The notes beneath the pieces are model-generated. The model was not told the DNA's origin. It was given only the letters and a program-made list of their open reading frames with translations, and ran no database searches. From positions 391,344,001 through 391,408,000 of the forward strand of contig OZ024741.1 of the NCBI GenBank assembly GCA_964016885.1: a DNA stretch of 64,000 nt. Reading direction: 5' to 3'. The position numbers and the translations under genes are program-made. The DNA is from Eledone cirrhosa. Its lineage: Eukaryota. Numbering within the stretch: position 1 is the first letter of the stretch; the number at the start of each line of letters is the position of its first letter. This document shows, piece after piece, positions 21,987 to 36,900 of this stretch.

Positions 21987-24900
21987 GATCGGACAGACCT
22001 ATGATCGGACAGCCCTACGATCGGACAGACCTATGATAGGACTGACCTACGATCGGACAGACCTACGATCGGACAGACCTATGATAGGACAGACCTACGA
22101 TCGGACAGACCTACGATCGGACAGACCTATGATCGGACAGACCTATGATCGGACAGACCTACGATCGGACAGACCTATGATAGGACAGACCTACGATCGG
22201 AAAGACCTATGATAGAACAGACCTACGATCGGAAAGACTTATGATCGGACAGACCTACGATCGAACAGACCTATGATAGGACTGACCTATGATCGGACAG
22301 ACCTACGATCGGACAGACCTACGATCGGAAAGACCTATGATAGGACAGACCTACGATCGGAAAGACTTATGATCGGACAGACCTACGATCGGACAGACCT
22401 ATGATAGGACAGACCTATGATCGGACAGACCTACGATCGGACAGACCTATGATAGGACAGACCTACGATCGGACAGACCTACGATTGGACAGACCTATGA
22501 TCGGACAGACCTACGATCGGACAGACCTACGATCGGACAGACCTATGATAGGACAGACCTATGATCGGACAGACCTACGATCGGACAGACCTATGATAGG
22601 ACAGACCTACGATCGGACAGACCTATGATAGGACAGACCTATGATCGGACAGACCTACGATCGGACAGACCTACGATCGGACAGACCTATGATCGGACAG
22701 ACTTATGATCGGACAGACCTATGATATGACAGACCTACGATCGGAAAGACCTATGATCGGACAGACCTATGATCGGACAGACCTATGATAGGACAGACCT
22801 ACGATCGGAAAGACCTATGATAGGACAGACCTACGATCGGACAGACCTATGATAGGACAGACCTACGATCGGAAAGACCTATGATAGGACAGACCTACGA
22901 TCGGACAGACCTATGATAGGACAGACCTACGATCGGACAGACCTATGATAGGACAGACCTACGATCGGAAAGACCTATGATAGGACATACCAATGATAGG
23001 ACAGACCTATGATCGGACAGACCTACGATCGGACAGACTTATGATCGGACAGACCTACGATCGGAAAGACCTATGATCGGACAGACCTATGATAGGACCG
23101 ACCTACGATCGGAAAGACCTATGATCGGACAGACCTATGATAGGACAGACCTACGATCGGAAAGACCTATGATCGGACAGACCTATGATAGGACAGACCT
23201 ACGATCGGACAGACCAATGATCGGACAGAACTACGATCGGACAGACCTATGATAGGACAGACCTATGATCGGACAGACCTATGATGGGACAGACCTATGA
23301 TAGGACAGACCTACGATCGGACAGACCTATGATAGGACAGACCTACGATCGGAAAGACCTATGATAGGACAGACCTATGATCGGACAGACCTATGATAGG
23401 ACAGACCTACGATCGAAAAGACCTATGATAGGACAGACCTATGATAGGACAGACCTATGATCGGACAGAACTATGATCGGACAGACCTACGATCGGACAG
23501 ACCTAGGATCGGAAAGACCTATGATCGGACAGACCTATGATCGGACAGACCTACGATCGGACAGACCTATGATCGGACAGACCTATGATGGGACAGACCT
23601 ACTATCGGAAAGACCTACGATCGGACAGAACTATGATCAGACAGAACTACGATCGGACAGAACTATGATCGGACAGACCTATGATAGGACAGACCTATGA
23701 TCAGACAGACCTATGATAGGACAGACCTATGATCGGACAGACCTATGATCGGAGAGACCTATGATGGGACAGAACTACGATCGGACAAACCTATGATCGG
23801 AAAGACCTACGATCTGACGGACCTATGATCGGATACACCTATGATAAGACAGACCTATGATCGGACAGACCTATGATCTGACAGACCTATGATCGTACAG
23901 ATCTATGATAGGACAGACCTATGATCGGACAGACCTACGATCGAAAAGACCTATGATGGGACAGACCTATGATCGGACAGACCTATGAAAGCACAGAACT
24001 ATGATCGGACAGATCTATGATAGGACAACCTATGATAGGACAGACCTATGATCGGACAGACCTATGATCGGACAGAACTAGGATCGGACAGACCTATGAT
24101 GGGACAGACCTATGATCGGACAGACCTATGATAGGACAGACCTATGATCGTACAGAACTATGATCGGACTGACCTGTGATTGGACAGACCTATGATCGGA
24201 CAGACCTACGATCGGACAGACCTATGATCGGAAAGACCTACGATCTGACAGACCTATGATCGGACAGAGCTACGATCGGACAGACCTATGATCGGATAGA
24301 CCTATGATAAGACAGACCTATGATCAGACAAACCTATGATCGGACAGACCTATGATCGTTCAGACCTATGATAGGACAGACCTATGATTGAACAGACCTA
24401 CGATCGCACAGACCTATGATGGGACAGACCTATGATACGACAGAAATATGATCGGACAGACCTATGATAGGACAGACCTATGATAGGACAAACCTATGAT
24501 AGGACAGACCTATGATCGGATAGACCTATGATCGGACAGACCGATGATCGGACAGACCTCTGATCGGTGAGACCTACGATCGGACTGACCTCTGTACGGA
24601 CAGACCTATGATAGCACAGAACTATGATAGGACAGACCTATGATAGGACAAACCTATGATACGACAGACCTATGATAGGACAGACCTACGATCGGACAGA
24701 CCTATGATCGGACAGACCTATGATCGGACAGAACTACGATCGGACAGATCTATGATCGGACAGACCTATGATAGGACAGACCTACGATCGGACAGACCTA
24801 TGATCGGACAGAACTACGATCGGACAGACCTATGATAGGACAGACCTATGATCGGATAGACCTACGATCGGACTGACCTATGTACGGACAGACCTATGAT

Positions 24901-27900
24901 TGGACAGAACTATGATAGGAGAGACATATGATCCGACAGACCTATGATCCGACAGACTTATGATCGGACAGACTTATGATCGGACAGACCTATGATCGGA
25001 CAGAACTACGATCGGACAGAACTACGATCGGACAGACCTATGATCGGACAGACCTACGATCGGACTGACCTATGATAGGACAGACCTACGATCCGAAAGA
25101 CCTATGATAGGACAGACCTACGATCGGACAGACCTAGGATCGGACAGACCTATGATAGGACAGACCTACGATCGGAAAGACCTATGATAGGACATACCAA
25201 TGATAGGACAGACCAATGATCGGACAGACCTACGATCGGACAGACCTACAATCGGAAAGACCTATGATCGGACAGACCTATGATAGGACAGACCTATGAT
25301 AGGACAGACCTACGATCGGAAAGACCTATGATCGGACAGACCTATGATAGGACAGACCTACGATCGGACAGACCAATGGTCGGACAGTACTACGATCGGA
25401 CAGACCTATGATAGGACAGACCTATGATCGGACAGACCTATGATAGGACAGACCTATGATCGTACAGACCTATGATCGGACAGAACTATGATGGGACAGA
25501 TCTATGATGGGACAGACATATGATCGGACAGACCTATGACCGGACAGACCTACGATCGGACAGACCTATGATACGACAGACCTATGATAGGACAGACCTA
25601 TGATCGGACTGAACTATGATCGGACAGACCTACGATCGGACCAACCTAGGATCGGAAAGACCTATGATCGGACAGACCTATGATCGGACAGACCTACGAT
25701 CGGACAGACCTATGATCGGACAGACCTATGATCGGACAGATCTATGATGGGACAGACCTACTATCGGACAGACCTATGATCGGACAGACCTATGATCGGC
25801 CAGAACTACGATCGGACAGACCTATGATGGGACAGACCTATGATAGTACAGACCTATTATCGGACAGAACCATGATCGGACTGACCTGTGTTTGGACAGA
25901 CCTATGATCGGACAGACCTACGATCGGACAGACCTATGATCGGAAAGACCTACGATCTGACAGACCTATCATCGGACAGAGCTACGATCGGACAGACCTA
26001 TGATCGGATAGACCTACGATCGGACAGACCTATGATCGTACAGACCTATGATAGGACAGACCTATGATTGGACAGACCTACGATCGCACAGACCTATGAT
26101 GGGACAGACCTATGATACGACAGAACTATGATCGGACAGACCTATGATAGGACAGACCTATAATAGGACAAACCTATGATAGGACAGACCTATGATCGGA
26201 CAGACCTATGATCGGACAGACCTATGATCGGTGAGACCTACGATCGGACTGACCTATGTACGGACAGACCTATGATAGGACAGAACTATGATAGGACAGA
26301 GCTATGATAGGACAGACCTATGATCGGACAGAACTATGATCGGACAGACCTATGATCGGACAGAACTACGATCGGACCGACCTATGATCGGACAGAACTA
26401 TGATCGGACAGACCTATGATCGGACAGACCTATGATCGGACAGACCTATGATCAGACAGAACTACGATCGGACAGATCTATGATGGGACAGACCTATGAT
26501 CGGACAGACCTATGATAGGACAGACCTATGATCGGACAGAACTATGATCGGACTGACCTGTGATTGGACAGAACTATGATCGGACAGACCTACGATCGGA
26601 CAGACCTATGATCGGATAGACCTATGATAAGACAGACCTATGATCAGACAAACCTATGATCGGACAGACCTATGATCGTACAGACCTATGATAGGACAGA
26701 CCTATGATCGGACAGACCTACGATCGCACAGACCTATGATGGGACAGACCTACGATCGCACAGACCTATGATACGACAGAACTATGATCGGACAGACCTA
26801 TGATAGGACAGACCTATGATAGGACAAACCTATGATAGGACAGACCTATGATCGGATAGACCTATGATCGGACAGACCTATGATAGGACAGAACTATGAT
26901 CAGACAAACCTATGATCGGACAGACCTATGATCGGACAGACCTATAATCGGACAGACCTATGATCGGTGAGACCTACGATCGGACTGACCTATGATCGGA
27001 CAGACCTATGATAGGACAGACCTATGATAGGACAAACCTATGATAGGACATACCTATGATCGGATAGACCTATGATCGGACAGACCTATGATAGGACAGA
27101 ACTATGATCAGACAAACCTATGATCGGACAGACCTATGATCGGACAGACCTATAATCGGACAGACCTATGATCGGTGAGACCTACGATCGGACTGACCTA
27201 TGATCGGACAGACCTATGATAGGACAGGCCTATGATAGGACAAAACTATGATAGGACAGACCTATGATCGGATAGACCTATGATCAGACAAACCTATGAT
27301 CGGACAGACCTATGATCGGAGAGACCTATAATCGGACAGACCTATGATCGGTGAGACCTACGATCGGACTGACCTATGTACGGACAGACCTATGATAGCA
27401 CAGAACTATGATCGGACAGACCTACGATCGGACAGACCTATGATCGGACAGACCTACGATCGGACAGACCTACTATCGGACAGACCTATGATAGGACAGA
27501 CCTATGATCGGATAGACCTATTATTGGACAGAACTATGATCCGACAGACCTATGATCCGACAGACATGATCGGACAGACCTACGATCGGACAGACCTATG
27601 ATCGGACAGAACTACGATCGGACAGACCTATGATCGGACAGACCTACGATCGGACAGACCTATGATAGGACAGACATACGATCGGAAAGAACTATGATAG
27701 CACAGACCTACGATCGGACAGACCTATGATAGGACAGACCTACGATCGGACAGACCTACGATAGGACAGACCTATGATCAGACAGACCTATGATTGGACA
27801 GACCTATGATCGGAGAGACCTATGATCGGACAGACCTATGATGGGACAGAACTACGATCGGACAAACCTATGATCGGAAAGACCTATGATCGGACAGACC

Positions 27901-30900
27901 TATGATCGGAAAGACCTACGATCTGAGGGACCTATGATCGGACAGAGCTACGATCGGACAGACCTATGATCGGATACAACTATGATAAGACAGACCTATG
28001 ATCGGACAGAACTACGATCGGACAGACCTATGATGGGACAGACCTATGATCGGACAGACCTATGATAGGACAGACCTATTATCGGACAGAACTATGATCG
28101 GACTGACCTGTGATTGGACAGACCTATGATCGGAAAGACCTACGATCTGACAGACCTATGATCGGACAGAGCTACGATTGGACAGACCTATGATCGGACA
28201 GAACTACGATCGGACAGACCTATGATCGGACAGACCTACGATCGGACAGACCTACGATCGGACAGACCTATGATAGGACAGACCTATGATCGGATAGAAC
28301 TACGATCGGACTGACCTATGTACGGACAGACCTATGATAGGACAGAACAATGATAGGACAGAGCTATGATCCGACAGACCTATGATCGGACAGAACTACG
28401 ATCGGACCGAACTATGATCGGACAGAGCTATGATCGGACAGACCTATGATCGGACAGAACTACGATCGGACAGACCTATGATCGGACAGACCTATGATAG
28501 GACAGACCTATGATAGGACAGAACTATGATCGGACTGACCTGTGATTGGACAGAACTATGATCGGACAGACCTACGATCGGACAGACCTATGATCGGAAA
28601 GACCTACGATCTGACAGACCTATGATCGGATAGACCTATGATAAGACAGACCTATGATCAGACAAACCTATGATCGGACAGACCTATGATCGTACAGACC
28701 TATGATAGGACAGACCTATGATCGGACAGACCTACGATCGCACAGACCTATGATGGGACAGACCTATGATACGACAGAACTATGATCGGACAGACCTATG
28801 ATAGGACAGACCTATGATAGGACAAACCTATGATAGGACAGACCTATGATAGGACAGACCTATGATAGGACAGACCTATGATCGGACAGAACTATGATCG
28901 GATAGACCTATGATCGGACAGACCTATAATCGGACAGACCTATAATCGGACAGACCTACGATCGGACTGACCTATGATCGGACAGACCTATGATTGGACA
29001 GACCTATGATCGGATAGACCTACGATCGGACAGACCGATTATTGGACAGAACTATGATTGGACAGACATATGATCCGACAGACCTATGATCCGACAGACA
29101 TGATCGGACAGACCTACGATCGGACAGACCTATGATCGGACAGAACTACGATCGGACAGACCTATGATCGGACAGACCTACGATCGGACAGACCTATGAT
29201 AGAACAGACATACGATTGGAAAGACCTATGATAGGACAGACCTACGATCGGACAGACCTATGATAGGACAGACCTACGATCGGACAGACCTATGATAGGA
29301 CAGCCCTACGATCGGAAAGACCTATGATAGGACATACCAATGATAGGACAGACCAATCATCGGACAGACCAACGATCGGACAGACTTATGATCGGACAGA
29401 CCTACGATCGGAAAGACCTATGATCGGACAGACCTATGATAGGACAGACCTACGATCGGAAAGACCTATGATCGGACAGACCTGATAGGACAGACCTACG
29501 AACGGAAAGACCTATGAGCGGACAGACCTACGATAGGACAGACCTGCGATCGGACAGACCAATGGTCGAACAGAACTACGATCGGACAGACCTATGATAG
29601 GACAGACCTATGATCGGACAGACCTATGATGGGACAGACCTATGATCGTACAGACCTATGATCGGACAGAACTATGATGGGACAGATCTATGATGGGACA
29701 GACATATGATCGGACAGACCTATGATCGGACAGACCTACGATCGGACAGACCTACGATCGGACAGAGCTATGATAGGACAGACCTATGATAGGACAGACC
29801 TATGATCGGACAGAACTATGATCGGACAGACCTACGATCGGACAGACCTAGGATCGGAAAGACCTATGATCGGACAGACCTATGATCGGACAGACCTACG
29901 ATCGGACAGAACTATGATCGGACAGACCTATGATCGGACAGACCTACTATCGGAAAGACCTACGATCGGACAGAACTATGATCAGACAGAACTACGATCG
30001 GACAGAACTATGATCGGACAGACCTATGATCGGACAGAACTATGATCGGACAGACCTATGATAGGGCAGAACTATGATCGGACAGATCTATGATAGGACA
30101 GACCTATCATAGGACAGACCTATGATAGGACAGACCTATGATAGGACAGACCTATGATAGGACAGACCTATGATCCGACAGACCTATGATCGGACAGACC
30201 TATGATCGGACAGACCTATGATAGGACAGACCTATGAAAGGACAGAACTATGATCGGACAGATCTATGATAGGACAGACCTATGATAGGACAGACCTATG
30301 ATAGGACAGACCTATGATCGGACAGATCTATGATCGGACAGAACTAGGATCGGACAGACCTATGATGGGACAGACCTATGATCGGACAGACCTATGATAG
30401 GACAGACCTATTATCGGACAGAACTATGATCGGACTGACCTGTGATTGGACAGACCTATGATCCGACAGACCTACGATCGGACAGACCTATGATCGGAAA
30501 GACCTACGATCTGACAGACCTATGATCGGACAGAGCTTCGATCGGACAGACCTATGATCGGATAGACCTATGGTAAAACAGACCTATGATCAGACAAACC
30601 TATGATCGGACAGACCTATGATCGTACAGACCTACGATAAGACAGACCTATGATACGACAGAATTATGATCGGACAGACCTATGATAGGACAGAACTATG
30701 AAAGGACAAACCTATGATAGGACAGACCTATAATCGGACAGACCTATGATCGGACAGACCTATGATCGGTGAGACCTACGATCGGACTGACCTATGTACG
30801 GACAGACCTATGATAGGACAGAACTATGATCGCACAGACCTACGATCGGACAGACCTACGATCGGACAGACCTATGATCGGACAGAACTACGATCGGACA

Positions 30901-33900
30901 GACCTATGATCGGACAGACCTACGATCGGACAGACCTACGATCGGACAGACCTATGATAGGACAGACCTATGATCGGATAGACCTACGATCGGACTGACC
31001 TAGGTACGGACAGACCTATGATAGGACAGAACTATGATAGGACAGACCTATGATCCGACAGACCTATGATCCGACAGACCTATGATCGGACAGACCTATG
31101 ATCGGACAGAACTAGGATCGGACCGAACTATGATCGGACAGAGCTATGATCGGACAGACCTATGATCGGACAGAACTACGATCGGACAGACCTATGATCG
31201 GACAGAACTATGATCGGACAGACCTATGATCGGACAGACCTATGATCCAACAGACCTATGATCGGACAGAACTACAATCGGACAGACCTATGATAGGACA
31301 GACCTATGATCGGACAGACCTATGATGGGATAGACCTATGATCGTACAGAACTATGGTCGGACAGACCTATGATGGGACAGACCTATGATGGGACAGACA
31401 TATGATCGGACAGCCTATGATCGGACAGTCGTACGATCTGACAGACCTATGATCGGACAGAGCTACGATCGGACAGACCTATGATCGGATAGACCTATGA
31501 TAAGACAGACCTATGATCAGACAAACCTATGATCGGACAGACCTATTATCGTACAGACCTATGATAGGACAGACCTATGATCGGACAGAACTACGATCGG
31601 ACAGACCTATGATACGACAGAATTATGATCGGACAGACATATGATAGGACAGACCTATGATAGGACAAACCTATGATAGGACAGAACTATGATCGGACAG
31701 ACCTACGATCGGACAGACCTATGATCGGACAGAACTACGATCGGACAGACCTATGATCGGACAGACCTACGATCGGACAGACCTCCGATCGGACAGACCT
31801 ATGTACGGACAGACCTATGATAGGACAGAACTATGATAGGACAGACCTATGATCCGACAGACCTATGATCCGACAGACCTATGATCGGACAGACCTATAA
31901 TAGGACAGACCTATGTTAGGACAAATCTATGATAGGACAGACCTATGATCGGATAAACCTATGATCGGACAGACCTATGATCGGACAGACCTATGATCGG
32001 TGAGACCTACGATCGGACTGACCTATGTACGGACAGGCCTATGATAGCACAGAACTATGATCGGACAGACCTACGATCGGACAGAACTACGACAGGCCAG
32101 ACCTACGATCGGACAGACCTATGATAGGACAGACATATGATCGGACAGACCTACGATCGGACAGCCCTACGATCGGACAGACCTATGATAGGACAGACCT
32201 ATGATCGGATAAACCTACGATCGGACTGACCTATGTACGGACAGACCTATGATTGGACAGAACTATGATAGGACAGACATATGATCCGACAGACCTATGA
32301 TCCGACAGACATGATCGGACAGACCTACGATCGGACAGACCTATGATCGGACAGAACTACGATCGGACAGACCTATGATCGGACAGACCTACGATCGGAC
32401 AGACCTATGATAGAACAGACATACGATTGGAAAGACCTATGATAGGACAGACCTACGATCGGACAGACCTATGATAGGACAGACCTACGATCGGACAGAC
32501 CTATGATAGGACAGACCTACGATCGGAAAGACCTATGATAGGACATACCAATGATAGGACAGACCAATCATCGGACAGACCAACGATCGGACAGACTTAT
32601 GATCGGACAGACCTACGATCGGAAAGACCTATGATCGGACAGACCTATGATAGGACAGACCTACGATCGGAAAGACCTATGATCGGACAGACCTGATAGG
32701 ACAGACCTACGATCGGAAAGACCTATGAGCGGACAGACCTACGATAGGACAGACCTACGATCGGACAGACCAATGGTCGGACAGAACTACGATCGGACAG
32801 ACCTATGATAGGACAGACCTATGATCGGACAGACCTATGATGGGACAGACCTATGATCGTACAGACCTATGATCGGACAGAACTATGATGGGACAGATCT
32901 ATGATGGGACAGACATATGATCGGACAGACCTATGATCGGACAGACCTACGATCGGACAGACCTACGATCGGACAGAGCTATGATAGGACAGACCTATGA
33001 TAGGACAGACCTATGATCGGACAGAACTATGATCGGACAGACCTACGATCGGACAGACCTAGGATCGGAAAGACCTATGATCGGACAGACCTATGATCGG
33101 CCAGACCTACGATCGGACAGACCTATGATCGGACAGACCTATGATCGGACAGATCTATGATGGGACAGACCTACTATCGGAAAGACCTACGATCGGACAG
33201 AACTATGATCAGACAGAACTACGATCGGACAGAACTATGATCGGACAGACCTATGATCGGACAGAACTATGATCGGACAGACCTATGATAGGGCAGAACT
33301 ATGATCGGACAGATCTATGATAGGACAGACCTATGATAGGACAGACCTATGATAGGACAGACCTATGATAGGACAGACCTATGATAGGACAGACCTATGA
33401 TCCGACAGACCTATGATCGGACAGACCTATGATCGGACAGACCTATGATAGGACAGACCTATGAAAGGACAGAACTATGATCGGACAGATCTATGATAGG
33501 ACAGACCTATGATAGGACAGACCTATGATCGGACAGATCTATGATCGGACAGAACTAGGATCGGACAGACCTATGATGGGACAGACCTGTGATCGGACAG
33601 ACCTATGATAGGACAGACCTATTATCGGACAGAACTATGATCGGACTGACCTGTGATTGGACAGACCTATGATCCGACAGACCTACGATCGGACAGACCT
33701 ATGATCGGAAAGACCTACGATCTGACAGACCTATGATCGGACAGAGCTTCGATCGGACAGATCTATGATCGGATAGACCTATGGTAAAACAGACCTATGA
33801 TCAGACAAACCTATGATCGGACAGACCTATCATCGTACAGACCTACGATAGGACAGACCTATGATACGACAGAATTATGATCGGACAGACCTATGATAGG

Positions 33901-36900
33901 ACAGAACTATGATAGGACAAACCTATGATAGGACAGACCTATAATCGGACAGACCTATGATCGGACAGACCTATGATCGGTGAGACCTACGATCGGACTG
34001 ACCTATGTACGGACAGACCTATGATAGGACAGAACTATGATCAGACAGACGTACGATCGGACAGACCTATGATCGGACAGAACTACGATCGGACAGACCT
34101 ATGTTCGGACAGACCTACGATCGGACAGACCTACGATCGGACAGACCTATGATAGGACAGACCTATGATCGGATAGACCTACGATCGGACTGACCTATGT
34201 ACGGACAGACCTATGATAGGACAGAACTATGATAGGACAGACCTATGATCCGACAGACCTATGATCCGACAGACCTATGATCGGACAGACCTATGATCGG
34301 ACAGAACTAGGATCGGACCGAACTATGATCGGACAGAGCTATGATCGGACAGACCTATGATCGGACAGAACTACGATCGGACAGACCTATGATCGGACAG
34401 AACTATGATCGGACAGACCTATGATCGGACAGACCTATGATCGGACAGACCTATGATCGGACAGAACTACAATCGGACAGACCTATGATAGGACAGACCT
34501 ATGATCGGACAGACCTATGATGGGATAGACCTATGATCGTACAGAACTATGGTCGGACAGACCTATAATGGGACAGACCTATGATGGGACAGACATATGA
34601 TCGGACAGCCTATGATCGGACAGCCGTACGATCGGACAGACCTATGATAGGACAGACCTATGATCGGACAGAACTATGATCGGACAGACCTACTTTCGGA
34701 CAGACCTATGATCGGACAGACCTATGATCGGACAGACCTATGATCGGACAGACCTATGATAGGACAAACATATGATCGGACAGACATATGATAGGACAGG
34801 CCTATGATCAGACAGACCTATGATCAGACAGACCTATGATAGGACAGACCTATGATCAGACAAACCTATGATCGGACAGACCTATGATGGGACAGAACTA
34901 AGTTCGGACAAACCTATGATCGGAAAGACCTATTATCTGACGGACCTATGATCGGACAGAGCTACAATCGGACAGACCTATGATCGGTTAGACCTATGAT
35001 AAGACAGACCTATGATCGGACAGATCTATGATCGGACAGAACTCTGATCGTACAGACCTATGATAGGACAGAACTATGATCGGACAGACCTACGATCGAA
35101 AAGACCTATGATGGGACAGACCTATGATCGGACAGACCTATGATGGGACAGACCTATGATCGGACAGACCTATGATAGGACAGACCTATGATCGGACAGA
35201 ACTATGCTCGGACTGACCTGTGATCGGACAGACCTATGATCGGACAGACCTATGATCGGACAGACCTATGATCAGACAGAGCTACGATCGGACAGACCTA
35301 CGATCGGACAAAACTACGATCGGACAGACCTATGATGGGACAGACCTATGATAGCACAGACCTATGATCGGACAGAACTATGATCGGACTGACCTGTGAT
35401 TGGACAGACCTATGATCGGACAGCCCTATGGTCGGACAGAATTACGATCTGACAGAACTATGATCGGACCGAGCTACGATCGGACAGACCTATGATGGGA
35501 CAGAACTATGATAGGACAGACCTATGATCCGACAGACCTATGATCCGACAGACATATGATCGGACAGACCTATGATCGGACGGAACTACGATCGGACAGA
35601 CCTATGATCAGACAGAACGATGATCGGACAGACCTATGATCGGACAGACCTATGATCGGACAGAACTACGATCGGACAGACCTATGATAGGACAGACCTA
35701 TGATCGGACAGACCTATGATGGGACAGACCTATGATCGTACAGAACTATGATCGGACAGACCTATGATGGGACAGACCTATGATGGGACAGACATATGAT
35801 CGGACAGACCTATGATCGGACAGCCGTACGATCGGACAGACCTATGATAGGACAGACCTATGATCGGACAGAACTACGATCGGACTGAACTATGTACGGA
35901 CAGACCTATGATAGCACAGAACTATGATCGGACAGACCTGCGATCGGACAGACCTATGATCGGACAGACCTACGATCGGACAGACCTACGATCGGACAGA
36001 CCTATGATAGGACAGACCTATGATCGGATAGATCTACGATCGGACAGACCGATTATTGGACAGAACTATGATTTGACAGACATATGATCCGACAGACCTA
36101 TGATCCGACAGACATGATCGGACAGACCTACGATCGGACAGACCTATGATCAGACAGAACTACGATCGGACAGACCTATGATCGGACAGATCTACGATCG
36201 GACAGACCTATGATAGGACAGACCTATGATCGGACAGAGCTACGATCGGACAGGCCTATGATAGGACAGACCTATGATAGGACAGACATACGATCGGAAA
36301 GACCTATGATAGGACAGACCTACGATCGGACAGACCTATGATAGGACAGACCTACGATCGGACAGACCTATGATAGGACAGACCTATGATCAGACAGACC
36401 TATGATTGTACAGACCTATGATCGGACAGACCTATGATCGGACAGACCTATGATGGGACATAACTACGATCGGACAAACCTATGATCGGATACACCTATG
36501 ATAAGACAGACCTATGATCGGACAGAACTACGATCGGACAGACCTGTGATTGGACAGACCTATGATCGGACAGACCTACGATCGGACAGACCTATGATCG
36601 GAAAGACCTACGATCTGACAGAACTATGATCGGACAGAGCTACGATCGGACAGACCTATGATCGGATAGACCTATGATAAGACAGACCTATGATCAGACA
36701 AACCTATGATCGGACAGACCTATGATCGTACAGACCTATGATAAGACAGACCTATGATACGACAGAATTATGATCGGACAGACCTATGATAGGGCAGACC
36801 TATGATAGGACAAACCTATGATAGGACAGACCTATGATCGGACAGACCTATGATCGGACAGACCTATGATCGGTGAGACGTACGATCGGACTGACCTATG

